Positions 13,067-27,654 of a stretch of DNA of 64,000 bases are shown piece after piece; within the stretch, counting starts at the first letter, position 1, and every line of letters starts with the position of its first letter. The stretch is from the human T2T-CHM13v2.0 reference genome, Homo sapiens: assembly GCF_009914755.1 (NCBI RefSeq), contig NC_060928.1; one strand, given 5' to 3'. Under the pieces are notes generated by a model that had not been told where the DNA came from, did not search any database, and was given only the letters and a program-made list of their open reading frames with translations. A program made the translations under genes and the position numbers.

Positions 13067-16000
13067 GTGCTTTGCAGCATGTCATAAATTTTATTTAACT
13101 GTTGTATAGGAAAAGCAAAAATTATATTTACCCAGTATTATTGGCATTGAAATTGGACTAAAAATTTTGAAACGTACCTGTCATATTTTGATCACGTATT
13201 AACAATGCAAAAGCATGTAAATGACTGCCGAATTTGGAATGTATCTTCAAATGTGATTAGAGCACTTGGTTAGGATCACAACTGAGGAACACTAATAGCA
13301 ATGCCTGATGTAGTTAGACATGCAACTGAATTTAGGAGTGCTGATTTCCTGCTCTCCGTTTACCTCTCACTGAGTTATTTTATACTCCCTCTCATTAATA
13401 CCATTAGATCAATTTGAAAATATGTCTACTAGTCAAAGAAGATGTCCGAGATCAACAGTATGGGAAGGATGTGAATGAAAAGAGAAAACTACATTAATTG
13501 CTTCATTCAATTCATTTAGCATAGGTGTCAAGTTGCCTATTCTTTAAATAAATTAGGATTGTAAATGGCCTCTATTTGGGTCATTCCGGCTCTACTTATA
13601 GGATATGATTTATATCTTTCTTATTTTCTCCTGTTATGTATTTCTGAGGACACTTAAGTCATCCATAAATTAATCAAAGAAGCACAAGACCCATGATTAA
13701 TTTTTTAAAAAAAGTTAAATTTGTGTCTTGGAGAAAAACTTTAAACTACAGTGCTGGGATTGAAGTTTTTAATTAAATTGGTTCCTGTGTTCTTTCCTCC
13801 AAATATGTTTGGTTTACATTAAAATTTGACATTTTAATCAGGCTGACTGCAAGCGAACTCCAAATTAAATCTGTACCCAATGTACCTAAGTGATAAGAGA
13901 TGTGAAACATGTCACTTTTTTGAGAAACCACAAATATCAAAAATTCATCAAGCACTATTTCCTGAATTTACAAATACTTGTATTCATTAGATGGGAATCT
14001 TGTATAATTTTAAAAAATATTATCACTTCCATGTGATTTGATTTTAAACAATATACTTTTTGTCTATTTTATTGTTGTAATATTTCTAGCTATGAAATAA
14101 TTTTGCTTATCAGATTATCAGTGTTGGATGACAAAAAATTTCCTTCCGTTAACATTTCAACTCCTCTATGAAGGATTTAAGCATTCTTTATTATAATCCA
14201 ATAGAAGCTTGAAGTTTTTTTGTTTGTTTGTTTGTTTTCCCACTACTTCACAACGTGCAGCCTGTACTCTACCTAAATTGGAATCTTAATTCTGTGCATG
14301 ACTGAAAATCACCTCCACGTCTTCACCCATGTTGTTCTCACTAGCATGTCTTCCTCTGTTTAAATCCCTTCCTTTGAGCATGTTTAAGTATCTTACTATC
14401 AAACAGTTAATAGTTCCTTTCACCAAACTTGTTCCCTCCCTTCTTGAACTAACATAGTATCATATGTATTTAAATCATATGGTATTATAAATATTGCAAC
14501 AGTGACTTATATGCATACTTATTTTGGAGTTGTACCATTGTTAATCTCTTCTATTGTACTGTGGGGAAAAAATGTCCCTCAACAAGTATTTAAATTTAAT
14601 TATTCTTCCCTGGAAATGTTATTCTTTGTTTCTTTTTATTGCACTGAGTCATTTCTACTCTTTTTGAATGTATAATTTCCCACTATTTAACTACTTAAGT
14701 ATCTTCTTATAGTGTTATTAGTAAGCTTTCTAAGATCTGAGAATGTATCTTATATATTTTGGATCTGCTCAGATGCATAGCACATTATTGCTCAGTAAAA
14801 TACAAAGGTTGTTAGATTTCATTCCTGTGAAAATTATTCTGTTTAAAAATCAAGAATGCTCATTTGATGTGTTAAATAGAATCAGTTTCCTTGGTACATT
14901 TAAGATAATGAGGCATTGTTCAAATCATAGCACCTCAAAGAACTTAGAGTGATTTCAGATAAAACAATATAATGAATATACATTGTGCAAATAATCAAAA
15001 TATTATTAATATGATACTAGAGATTAAACACTAGGGCCCATGATCTGTTTACTCAAGATGTTTACAGTGAAATGCAGCATAGGAAAGAATTCAGAGTAAG
15101 TTTGCATTACCCCCAAACAATGTAAAATGCTAAATTGCTAACATGTTTTTGGTGGATTTTAAGTTAAGGATGTCTAAATATAATTCATTTGGTTGATCCC
15201 CCACTTTTTTTCATGTGTGTAAAATAGAGTGAAATAGTCAATAAAGTTAATTTACTGTTACAGTGAGATCCGGAAAGCAAGCAACTATGAATCTGAATAG
15301 TTTCTGGAAGCATCCGATTTATATCTTTTCCTTCTTTGTGTTTTGTTGTTTATTTCTTCATTTTTAAGCAATGCATTTTTGACCTACAGCTTGGCAGCCT
15401 CAAAGCAACAACCCTTTTATTCTTTCTTAACCTGCAATGGCCTCACTTCCAGAGCATTATGACTTTATTCACCAGCAGGTTTGTTTTAAGACTACAACGA
15501 GTCCTACTTCCTGCTCAAAAAATGTGCTAAAGTTTCTGGCTGGGCCTTAAGACATTTTAGAAGCTCCTCTTTGCAGGAGAGAAAAGGCACCAAGCCAGTT
15601 ACTATGCACATGCATAAATCTGTCAATTATCTAGAATCTGGCACAAAATTCATGTCACTTAGAGGAAAAACATGCTGAGAGGTTGCAGTTCCAACACAGA
15701 AATTGCTATTTGTTTTTTTGTTTTTTTTTTTTTTTTGGTTTCATGAATGAGGTTTGTAGTTTGTAGTTTGGTCCCTTAAAATGGACAGGGGGAAAACAAG
15801 AAAGATAAGCAAGCATAAAAAGCATTCACAGAATGTTAATGCACTCTGATTTTTAGGGATAGCTTATAATCTCTTGAATATGTGCATAGTAAAAAGGCTT
15901 CATTTCTGATATATGAAGATCTATGAATTGTTAGAGTGGATGAAAGCAAACAGTGTAGTGAATTCAACCTTTAGTCTTTTGAACATTCTTAGTTTCTATT

Positions 16001-17089
16001 ATCTTCTTTGGTGGTAATTGTCATTTTGAATTCACTTGGGGTGATTTCACTAATTTAATTACAGAATAGGTATGTAGATAGAAAATGAGGTGAGGAAGGT
16101 GAGGAGCTAGAGCTAAGGAAATCAGAGCAGATATGTTCTACCACGTGAAATAGTTGATGGAGTGCTATTATTGGCACCATTTGTAACTAAAATTGAAGGT
16201 GATTGCATCCTAATGTAGTCACATGCTTGAGGTGCTTACTTAACCCGACAGCTAGCAAAGTGTCTGCACTATAGAAGACTTCAACACATGAGTGCTATAA
16301 AACATTCCAGTTCGTTGTCTTTGTGCCCAATTGTGTACCTGCATTTCAAATTCAGAGCTCAATACTTTTATGGAAATGCAACTCTTGAGAGTGCTGAAAG
16401 ACGCAGGCAGATCATGCTGCTCAAATGAAGAGAAAAGGAAATGTTTCTAAGACAGTTATACTAAATACAGTGAGCATGTAATGATCAAGAGAGGTTTTTC
16501 AAAGCTTTTAGGTGCAAATCAAATCTCCTTAAAGGATAAGCTTGCAAATTATTCAGCATTATACTTGGAAGAATGTATCCCTAAAGCTGAAGTTGAAAAC
16601 AGTTTTCTCTGAATTTATTTAGTTTATCTAAGTTGTAGGACAGTTGGTGATTCATCCTTGGGTATTTGTTCTTGGCAAAGCTTCTGATTTGATGGTAATT
16701 TCAAAAGTAAGAATAAAAGCACTACTTTAATAGTAAATTCTCAAGTACATTTCATTAAAAGTGGTCCAAAGCAAATTTTAATTAAAGGTTAAATGCTGTT
16801 TGCCATGCAAGACACGGCAGAAGTTAAAGCAAATATGTCATTCCTTCCAAATTCTACCTCTGTTTTAATAAACCATTCTAAAATCACATGCACTTTAACA
16901 CATTTTCATTATCAAAATTATTTATTCATCCTTTTGATCAATTAAATGAATGATACTTATGATCACCACAGAAATATAAAAACTTAAACAGAATGTTAAA
17001 CATAACAAATGTGATTGATAGGAACCATTGATCTGTTTTCCATTTTTATAATTTTGCCATTACAGGAATATAGCAAGTTTTATATAAGT

Positions 17090-17640
17090 CAATAGGTTCT
17101 TAAAAGAATGCATATTCTGCTACTGCTGAAGGGAGGTGGTCTATAAATGTCAATTACATCCTGTGGGGTGATGGTATTGGTCTTCCAAATCTTTGTTGAT
17201 TTTCTGTCTAGTTATTCTATCAGTAGTTGAGAGAGGGGTGTTGGAGTCTCCAACTACAGTACTAGATTTGTCTATTTCTCCTTCTATCAATATATGCTTC
17301 AAATATTATGCAGTTTTGTTGCCTGTGGTATACACTGAGGATTGTTATGTCTTTTAGGTTGATAATTGTTACTAGGTAGTATCCCTCTGTGTCTCTGATA
17401 ATTTTTATTTTGTTTTGAAGTCTACTTTATCTGACACTAACATAGGAATTCTTGTATTCTTTTACTATTTCATGATATAACTTTTTTCATTATTTTAATT
17501 ACCACATAACTACGTTATTATATTTGAAGTGAATTTCTTATAAATAGCATATAGTTAGGTCACTTTTTAGAATCAACTCTTCCAGTGTCCTTTTCTGCAC
17601 AGGTTTATCTATGTCATTTACAGTTAATGTAATAGGAACC
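17090..17640 (-). mobile_element. Old L1M ORF2 5' region fragment
   Basis: GATTTTCTGTCTAGTTATTCTATCAGTAGTTGAGAGAGGGGTGTTGGAGTCTCCAACTA antisense L1 EN region. Confidence 0.8.
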
Positions 17641-17955
17641 GGCATTATTTAATAGTTTAATGTTTTGTTTTATTTCATTTTGTTATTTTATTTCAATAGC
17701 TTTAGGGGTGCCATTGATTTTTGGTTTCTTCAATAAATTGTACAGTTATGAAGTCTGGACTTTTAGTGTACTTGTCATCCAAATAGTGTATTTTGCCCCA
17801 TCTCCTTTCCATTCTCCCCACTTGTGAGTCCGCAGTGTCAATTAGACCACTCTGTAAGCCTTCGTGTACCCATAGCTTAGCCCTTACTTATAAGTATATT
17901 ATTAGGCATGTGTTTTTTGTGTAGCTATTATAAGTGGGAGTGGGATTGAGTTCTT

Positions 17956-18267
17956 TTTTTTTCCTACTTTTAAGTTCTGGGATACATGTGCAGAATGTGT
18001 AGGTTTGTTACATAGGTATACATGTGCCATGGCGGTTTGCTGCACCTATCAACCCATCATCTAGGTGTTAAGCCCCGCATGCATTAGGTATTTGTCCTAA
18101 TGCTCTCTCTCCCCTTGGTCCCCACCCCGCAACAGGCCCTGGGTGTGTGATGTTCCCCTCCCTGTGTCCATGTGTTCTCATTGTTCAACTCCCATTTATG
18201 AGTGAGAACATGTGGTGTTTGGTTTTCTGTTCCTGTGTTAGTTTGCTGAGAATGAAGGCTTCCTGCA
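17956..18267 (-). mobile_element. L1PA7/8-like 3' fragment
   Basis: AAGCCCCGCATGCATTAGGTATTTGTCCTAATGCTCTC; perfect 14-bp TSD GGGATTGAGTTCTT at 17942-17955 and 18268-18281. Confidence 0.92.
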
Positions 18268-18423
18268 GGGATTGAGTTCTTGATATTGTTTACAGCCTGG
18301 CTGTTATTTTCAGCAGTGCTACTGTTTTTCGTACATCCATTTTGTAACCCAAGACTTTAGTGAATTCATTTATCAATCTAGGAGACTTTTGAAGGAGTCT
18401 TTAGGGTTTTCTAGGTATAAGAT

Positions 18424-20879
18424 TATAGTAGGCCATTCACGCATTGCTATAAAGAATTTCCTGATACTGGGTAATATTTAGACAAAAGAGGTTAATTGGC
18501 TCACAAGAAGCATGATGCCAATTTCCACTTGGTTTCTGGGGAAACTTCAGGAAGCTTACAATCATGGGGAAGGTAAAAGGAGAGCAGGCATATAACATGG
18601 CAAAAGCAGGAGCAAGCAAGAAAGAGAGAGAGATGTCACACACTTTTAAGTGACAAGATATTGCACAAACTCACTTTTGTGAGGACAGTACCAAGAGGAT
18701 GGTACTAAACCACTCATGAGAAATTGCCCCCATGATTCAATCACCTCTCACCAGCCCCCACCTCCAACATTGGGGATTACAATTCAAAATGAGATTTGCA
18801 TGGAGGATACAGATTTAAACCATATCATTCTTCCTCCATCCTCCATCGAATCTCATGTCCTTCTCACTTAGAAAAATACAATCCTGCCTTCCCAATAATC
18901 CTCCAAAGCCTTAACCCTTAAGGCATTAACTCAAATTCCAAAATTCAGAGTCTCATCTGAGACAAGGGCTGGTCCCTTTCACCTATGAGCCTGTAAAATA
19001 CAAGCAAGTTAGTTACATACAATATAAAATGGGGGTGTAGGCATTGGGTAAATACTCCCTTTCCCAAAGGGAGAAATTGGCCAAAAGAAAGGGCTACAGA
19101 CCCAATGCAGTTTGAAACCCAGCCAGGCAGTCATTAAGTCTTAAAGCTCCAAAACAATATCCTTTTACTTCATGTCCTCCTTCCAGGGCAAACTGGTGTG
19201 AGGTGTGGACTCCCAAGGTCTTGAGCCACTCCACCCCTGTGGCTTTGCATAGATTAGCCCCCACATCTGCTCTCACAGATTGTTGAGTGCCCACAGATTT
19301 TCCAGGCTCAGGGTGCAAGTTGTCTGTGGATCTAACATTCTGCAGTCATGAGGATGGTGGCTCTCTTCTCACAGTTCCACTAGGCTGTGCCCTAGTGGGG
19401 ACTCTGTGTGGAATTCCAACCTCATATTTTCCCTCTGTACTGCCTTAGTATAAGTTCTCTGTGAGGGCTCTGCCCCTGAAGCAAGCTTCTGCCTGGACAC
19501 TCAGGTTTTTCCATACGTCTCTGAAATCCAGGTGGAGGCTTCCAAGACTCAACTCTTGTATTCTGTGTACCCAGTGGCTTATCACAATGTAGAAGCCACC
19601 AAGGATTATGGGTTGCACCCTCTGAAGCAGTGGCCTGAGCTGTACCTGGGCCCCTTTGAGTCACTGTCAAAGCTAGAGTTGCCAGGATACAGGGAGCAAT
19701 GTCCTGAAGCTGTTCAGGGCAGTGGGTACTTAGGCCTGGCCCACAAAGCCATTCTTCCCTCCTTGGTTTTCAGGCCTGTGATGGCAGGGGCTGCCCTGAA
19801 GGTCTCAAATGCCTCTAAGGCCTTTTCCCATTGTCTTGGCCATCACACTTGGCTTCCTGGTTATTCAAATATCTAGAACAAGTGGTTGCTCCACAATCTG
19901 CTTGAATTCCTCTCCTCAAAAGTCTTTTTATTTCTTTGCCACATGGCTAGACTGCAAATTTTCTAACCTTTTATCTTCGGCTTCCCTTTTACATATAAAT
20001 TCCAACTTCAAGTCATTCATTTGCTCCTGCATCTCAGAATAGGTTGTTAGAAGTGGTCAGGTAAACTCTTGAACATTTTGAACACAAATTCCTTTCACCA
20101 GATACCCTAAATCAGCACTCTCAAGTCCAGATTTCCATAGGCACTCTAGGACATGGACATAAAACAGCCAACTTCTTTTCTAAGGCATAGCAAAAGTAAC
20201 TTTTACCCCATTTCCCAATAAGTTTCTCATTTCCATCTGAGAACTTTGCAGCCTGGACTTTATTTTTCATATTATGATGAGCATTTTGATCACAACCATT
20301 TAACCAGTCTCTAAGAAGTTCTAAACATTCTCTCATCTTCCTGTTTTCCTCTGATCCCACCACATGCTTCAAAATTCTGCCTGTTACCCATTTCCAAAGC
20401 TGCTGCCACATTTTCAGCTATCTTTGTAACAATGCCCCACCCTTCAGATACCAATTTTCTTTATTAGGCGGTTGCTATAAAGAAATACCTGAAACTAGTT
20501 AATATATAAAGAAAAGAGGCTTAATTGGATAATGGTTCTGCAGGCTTTACAGAAAACATGGTGCCAGCAACGCCCCCTTGGCTTCTGGAAGGCCTTAGGA
20601 AGCTTACAATCATGGCAACAGGTGAAAGAGGAACAGGCACATCACATGGTAAAACCAGGAGAAATAGAGTGAAAGGGGGGAGGTGCCACACCCTTTTAAG
20701 CAACCAGATCTCATAAGAACTCACTCACTATCATGAGAACAGCAGAAAGAGAATAGTACTAAACTATTCATGTGAAACTGCCCTCATCATTAAATTACCT
20801 CTCACTAGGCCCATATCAAACACTGGGGATTAAAATTTAACATGACATTTGGGTAGGGACACAGATCCAAACCATATCA
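18424..20879 (-). mobile_element. Complete MSTA-like MaLR provirus (LTR 18424-18827, internal, LTR ~20460-20879)
   Basis: Both LTRs end AAACCATATCA; ~1.6 kb MaLR internal; 5-bp TSD AAGAT at 18419-18423 and 20880-20884. Confidence 0.9.
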
Positions 20880-21095
20880 AAGATCATATTATAAGCAAAC
20901 TGGGATAGTTCGACTTTCTATTTTCCAATTTAGATGTTTTTTACTTCTTTCTCTTGCTTAATTGCTCTGCCTAGGACTTCCAGTACTATGTTGAATAGAA
21001 CTGGTGAAAGTGGGCATCTTGTCTTGTTTCAGTTCTCAGGGGGAATACTTTCTATTTTTACTTATTCAATATGATGTTGGTTGTGGCTGATATGG

Positions 21096-23387
21096 TGATG
21101 TTGTTTGGCTCTGTGTCCCCACCCAAATCGCATTTTGAATTGTATTTCAATAATTTCCATGTGTTGTGGGAGGGACCCGGTGGGAGATAATTGAATCATG
21201 GGGGTGGTTTCTCCCATACTGTTCTTGTGTTAGTGAATAAGTTCACGAGATCTGATGGTTTGATAAGGGGAGACCCGTTTCACTTGGCTCTCATTCTCTC
21301 TCTTGCCATCACCATGTAAGAAGTGCCTTTCACTATGATTGTGAGGCCTCTCTGGCCACATGGAACTGTAAGTCCATTAAACCTCTTTCTTTTATAAATT
21401 GCCCAGTCTTTGGTATGTCTTTATCAGCAGCATGAAAATGAATTAATACAGTAAATTCGTACCAGTAGAGTGGGGTACTGCTGAAAAGATATCTGAAAAT
21501 ATGGAAGCAATTTTGGAACTGGGTAACAAGCAGAAGTTGTAACAGTTTAAAGGACTCAGAAAAGACAAGAAAATTTGAGAAAATTTGGGACTTCCTATAG
21601 ACTCGTTGAATGGCTTTGCCTAAAATGCTGATAGTGATATGGACAATAAGGTCTAGGCTGAGATATTCTCAGATGGAAATGAGGAACTTTCTGGGAACTG
21701 AAGCAAAGTGACTCTTGTTATGTTTTGGCAAAGAGACTGGTGGCATTTTGCCCCTGCCCTAGAGATTTGTGGAACTTTGAACTTGAGAGAGACAATTTCG
21801 GGTATCTGGCAGAAAAAATTTCTAAGCAGCAAAGCATTCAAGAGGTGACTTTGGTGTTGTTAAAGGCATTCAATTTTATAAGGAAAGCAGAGCATAAAGG
21901 TTTGGAAAATTTGCAGCCTGACAATGCGATAGGAAAGGAAATCCCATTCTCTGCGGAGAAATTTAAGCCAGCTGCAGAAATTTGCATAAGTAACGAGGAT
22001 CTGGATGGTAATCCCCAAGACAATGGTGAAAATGTCTCCAAAGCATGTCAGAGGTCTTCACAGCAGCCCCTCCCTTCACAGGCCTGGAGGTCTAGAAGGA
22101 AAAAACTGGTTTTGTGGACTGGGTCCAAGGTCTCCCTGCTGTGTGTAGCTTAGGGACTTGGTGCCCAGTGTCTCAGCCACTTCAGCCATGGCTGAAAGGG
22201 GCCAACATAGAGCTTGGGCTGTGGCTTTAGAGGGTGAAAGCCTCAAGCCTTGGCAGCTTTCACATGGTGTTGAGCTTGCCAGTGCACAGAAGTTAAGAAA
22301 TGGGGTTTGAAAACCTCCATCTAGATTTCAGAGGATGTATGGAAACACCTGGATGTCCAGGCAGAAGTTTGCTGCAGGGGCAGGGCTTTCATGGAGAACT
22401 TCTGCTAGGGCAGTCTGAAAGGGAAATGTGGGGTTGGAGCCCCCCACAGTATCCCTAGTGGGACACCACCTAGGGGAGCTTTGAGAAGAGGGCCACCATC
22501 CTCCAGATCCCAGAATGGTAGATCCACCAACAGCTAGCACTGTGCACCTGGAAAAGATGCATATACTCAACACCAGCTCCTGAAAGTAGCCAGAAGGGGT
22601 GCTATACCCTGCAAAGCTACAGGGGCAGAGCTGCCCACGATTATGGGAACCTACCTCTTGCATCAGCATGACCTGGATCTGAGACATGGAGTCAAAGGAG
22701 ACCATTTTGGAGTCTTCAGATTCAACTGATCTGCTGAATTTAGGGCTTACTTGGGACCTGTAGCCCCTTTGTTTTGGCCAATTTCTCCCATCTGGAATGG
22801 CTGTCTTTACCCAATGCCTATACCCCCATTGTATCTATGAAGTAACTGATTTGCTTTTGATTTTACAGGCTCATAGTCAGAAGGGACTGGCCTTGTCTCA
22901 GATGAGACTTTGGACTGCAGACTTTTAAGTTAATGCTGAAATGAGTTGAGAGTTTGGGGTGCTATGGGGAAGGCAGGATGGTTTTGAAATGTGAAGATAT
23001 GAGATTTGGGAGTGGCCAGGCATGGAAAGATATAGTTTGGCTCCTATGTCCCCACCCAAATCTCATCTCGTAGTTCTCATAATTTCCAAGTGTTGTGTCA
23101 GGGACCCGAAAGGACATGATTGAATCATGGGGGCAGGTCTTTCCCATGCTCTTCTCATGATAATGAATGGGTCTCACGAGATTTTATAGTTTTAAAAAAA
23201 CTCTGCACAAGCTCTTACTTTGCCTGCTGCCATCCATGTAAGATGTGACTTGCTCCTCCTTGCCTTGCACTACGATTGTGAGGCATTTGCAGCCATGTCG
23301 AACTGTAAGTCCATTACAACTTTTTCTTTTATAAGTTGCCCGGTCTCAGGTATATCTTTATCAGCAGTGTGAAAACGAACTAATACA
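21096..23387 (+). mobile_element. Complete THE1 MaLR provirus (5' LTR 21096-21450, internal, 3' LTR ~23028-23387)
   Basis: TGATGTTGTTTGGCTCTGTGTCCCCACCCAAATC...TAATACA; internal starts GTAAATTCGTACCAGTAGAG; TSD TATGG at 21091-21095 and 23388-23392. Confidence 0.93.
21725..22153 (+). pseudogene. Decayed remnant of the THE1 internal ORF
   Basis: AKRLVAFCPCPRDLWNFELERD...ISKQQSIQEV is the typical MaLR internal ORF peptide; flanked by stops and frameshifts. Confidence 0.7.
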
Positions 23388-24111
23388 TATGGCTTTCATT
23401 ATTTCAAGGTGTGTACCTTCTATGTCTAGTTTGTTGAGGGTTTTGATCATGAAAGGATGCTGGATTTTATTAAATGCTTTTTTTTTGTATCTGGGGAAAT
23501 AATATGGTTTCTGTTTTTAATTCTCTTAACGTGGTGAATCACATTCATTGGCCTGTCTATGCTGAACAGTCCTTGCATCCCTGGGATGAAACCCAATTGT
23601 TTATGATGAATTATCATTTTGATGTGCTGGTGGATTCACTTCGCTAGCTTTTTTTTTTTTTTTTTTGAGAAATCTTACATCTACGTTCATCAGGGATGTT
23701 GGGCTGTAGTTTTCTTTTTTATTGTGTGCTTTCCTGACCCAGTATCACTCTCAGGGTCATAATGACTTTGTAGAATGAATTAGTGAGGGATTCCCTCCTT
23801 CCTGATCTTTTTTTTGGAATAATTTTAGTAAGATTCATGTGACTGCTTCTTTTAATGTCTGGTAAAATTTGGCAGTAAATCCATCTGATCCTTTGCTTTT
23901 TCTTGTTGTTGGGAGGCTTTTTATTACTAATTTAATATCATTAGTTGTTACTTATCTGTTCAGGGTTTCTGTTTCTTTCTGATTCAAGTTTGGGGGGTTG
24001 TATGTTTTCAGGAATTTATCCATTTTTATTAGATTTTCTAGTATGTAATGCATAAAGATGTTCATAATAGTCTCAGATGATTGTTTTGTATTGCTGTACT
24101 ATGAGTTGTAA

Positions 24112-24628
<517 letters not shown>

Positions 24629-26199
24629 ATATTTGTTTCTTTTCTCCTGCCATCCTTGGGTTTGGTTTGTTCTTGTTTTTATAGTTCCTTGAGGTGTGAT
24701 ATTAGGTTACCAGTTTGTGATTGTTCTGTCTTTTTGGTGCAGGCATTTGGAACCATAAACTTGCCTCTTGCTACTTCTTTTGTTGTATCCCAGAGATTTT
24801 GATAACTTCTGTCACTGTTATCATTCATTTTGAAAACTTTAACAATTTTCAGCTTATTTTTTTCATTGACCCAAAGATTGTTCATGAACAGATTCTTAAA
24901 ATTTTCATGTAATTGTATAGTTTTGAGAATTCTTAAAATTGATTTTAAATTTAATTTCATGGTTGTCTAAGAAGATACTTGATAGGATTTCTTTTTTGTT
25001 TTGTATTTATTGAGACTCATTTTGTGGTCTGTCATATGGTCTATCTTAGAAAATATTCCGTGTGCTAAGAAGTATGTATAATTTGTTAGTTTTTGGGTAG
25101 TATGTGCTATAAATATATGTTAGGTACATTTTTTTCTAAAATCCAGTTTAGTGTTTCTTTATTGACTTTCTGCCTTGATAATCTGTCTAGTGCTGTCAGA
25201 GGGATGTTGAGGTCATCACTATTATTGTACTGCTATCTATCTCTTTTCTTGGGTCTAGTGGTAGTTAATGAATCTGGGAGCTCTGGTGTTAGGTGCATAT
25301 CTATTTAGGATTGCTGTATCTCTTGTTGAATTGATTCCTTTATCACTATATAATGACTTTCTCTATTTTTTTTCTCTTACTCATTTGAAAGTCTGTTTTA
25401 TCTAATATAGGAATAGATACTCCTGCATGATTTTGGTTTTCAGTTGTGTTGCATATTTTTTTACACCTTTTTACCTTGAGTCTATAAAAATCTTTATGAG
25501 TTAAGTGGGTCTCTTGAAGCCAACATTTATTTTGCTTTTTTTAAGTCCATTCTTACAATTTATTTCTTTAATGAAGGGCATTTAGGCCATTTACATTCAA
25601 AGTTAGTATTCATGAGTTGAGGTACTGTTACAGTCATCAAGTTGGTTGTTGTCTATTTACTTTGTTGATTACATTGTTTTATAAGCCCTGTAAGTTTTAT
25701 ATTTTCAAGTGTTTTATACTGGTGCATATATCCTTAATTTCAATGTGTAGAACTCCTTTGAGTGTTTCTTATAGGACTGGTCTAGAGGTGGAACATTCTC
25801 TAAGTATTTGCTTGTAGGGGGAAGATTTTGCTTCTCCTTCATTTATGAAAATTACTTTTGTAGCCTATAAAATTCTTTGTTGACAGTTGTTTTGTTTCAG
25901 GACTATAAAGATAGGACCCTAATCCCTTCTGGTTTGTAACGTTGCTGCATGAGAAGTCTGCCAGTAGCATAATAGGTTTTCCTTATAAGTTGTTTGGTGC
26001 TTTTGTTTCACTTTAGTTAGGGGAAGTACTCAGATGTCACAGGTGATGGGAGGGGCTGTGGAACTCTCAAAAGTCTCTGTGTTCTGCTACCAAGGCAGGT
26101 AAAGGGGCAAAGCTGGGTGAGGGCTGGATCAGACAAGTCTGCAGTCTGGCTCCCCAAGTGTGAGCACACGTGGGAGCCCCAATGGAACTCAGAGGGCAT

Positions 26200-26450
26200 A
26201 AAAGTAGTACTATAGCATGCAAAAATCAAAGATTTAAGAGACTCATGGATATGGGTTTTGTAACCAGTTCTATGTTTACTAGTTGTATGAGTTAGGGCAA
26301 ATTATTAAGCTAACACACACACACTTCAATCTCAAATCTCATATTAACTTCTAGATTTTACATCATAGTTTTCCTAAGGATTAAAATGAGATATCATACC
26401 TGCTGTAGCTTATGAAATATGTTACCCAATAAATCATATCTAGTAGTAGC
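26200..26450 (+). mobile_element. MIR SINE (degenerate)
   Basis: TTTACTAGTTGTATGAGTTAGGGCAAATTATTAAGCT core. Confidence 0.55.
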
Positions 26451-26707
26451 ATAGCAACAATATATGTTGGATCACTAACTTATAAATTAAAACTCTCTCA
26501 CTTATGTATTAAAGATAGTTAAGTTGTTTTATATTCCATGGAAAGAAAACTTTTTTTTCATACATTTCATCAAATACAATGTCAAATAATTTACAAATAA
26601 ATGAAAAATACACAATGTTCAAAAACTAATGTTATTTTATTGAACTGAAAATTTTAATGGTTCTACAAGGATAGAGATTCTTACTCTAAGTAACAGAACC
26701 TATATAA

Positions 26708-27030
26708 GAGATTCTCAACTCAGCTGTTCACTTTAATGCAGATTCCTGGGTCTCACCCCTGGAGGTTCTGAATTAATTCAGCTGGTAGAGAGCCTGGGCA
26801 TTGTGATTTAAAAAAAATATTCCCAGATAGTTCTTATGTGCTGCCTAGGTTGAGAATCCCTAGTCTAGATTACTCTTTCTCAAACTTCAGAGAGCATACA
26901 CATCACTTAGGGATATATTAAAAATTGTACAGTCTGATTCAATAGACACAGGATGAAGCCTAAGATTCTGCATTTCTACTGAGCTCCTATATATTGATGA
27001 TACTGTTTTACCACATTTTGACTAACATAG
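26708..27030. mobile_element. Two adjacent MER5-type (hAT-Charlie) elements
   Basis: TTCTCAACT...GCAGATTCCTGGG...GGTTGAGAATCC, then TTTCTCAAACTT...TCTGATTCA...TCTGCATTTCTA...CCACATTTTGA. Confidence 0.7.
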
Positions 27031-27654
27031 ATTTAGATGATTATATCTGATTGATTCCTGTTAATTGTTAAAGATGGATTCTAACATTGAAAATGTTTCA
27101 CACTTTAAAAAAATCAAAGGAAAAAATTATTAAAATTGAAAACAGAAGCAAATAAGCCTAATTCTACGAGTGAGATTTACTATAAGGACACTGAAACTGC
27201 AAAGCAAGCAGCTGTATTGTTAGCAAAATTATTGTCATATTGAAACTCCATTAGCAATATTGTAGTTAAAGCAAATAAGTAATTATATGAATTGTTGTAA
27301 AACATGATTTTTATGTAAACAAGAAAGATATAAAATCAGAAAACTTGAATAAAACTTAACTTTTAACATTGTAATATTAAATGTGAAAAGGAAATATCAG
27401 TGTAAACTCTTGATTGATATGTATGAAAGAACATATAGACAAAGGCACCCTAGCAGTAATGAGCACCCCTAGTGCCTAGTGTTTTCTAAACTACCATCAT
27501 ACATCCACTAAGTATTTTTAGATACTGGAAGAAACTGAGGCTAATTCCAGGTCTAAATCAGGGAAAGCATAAGATATGGATCCATTCAAAATGGATCCTA
27601 AGAGTTTTTATTATATTATTCTTGCAACTTTAAAAGTTTGAGCATTTTCATAAC

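Noticed and set aside
18828-22960. GC-richer region with many ORFs suggesting a gene or CpG island
   Set aside because: MSTA/THE1 internal sequence, CpG-depleted, frames interrupted
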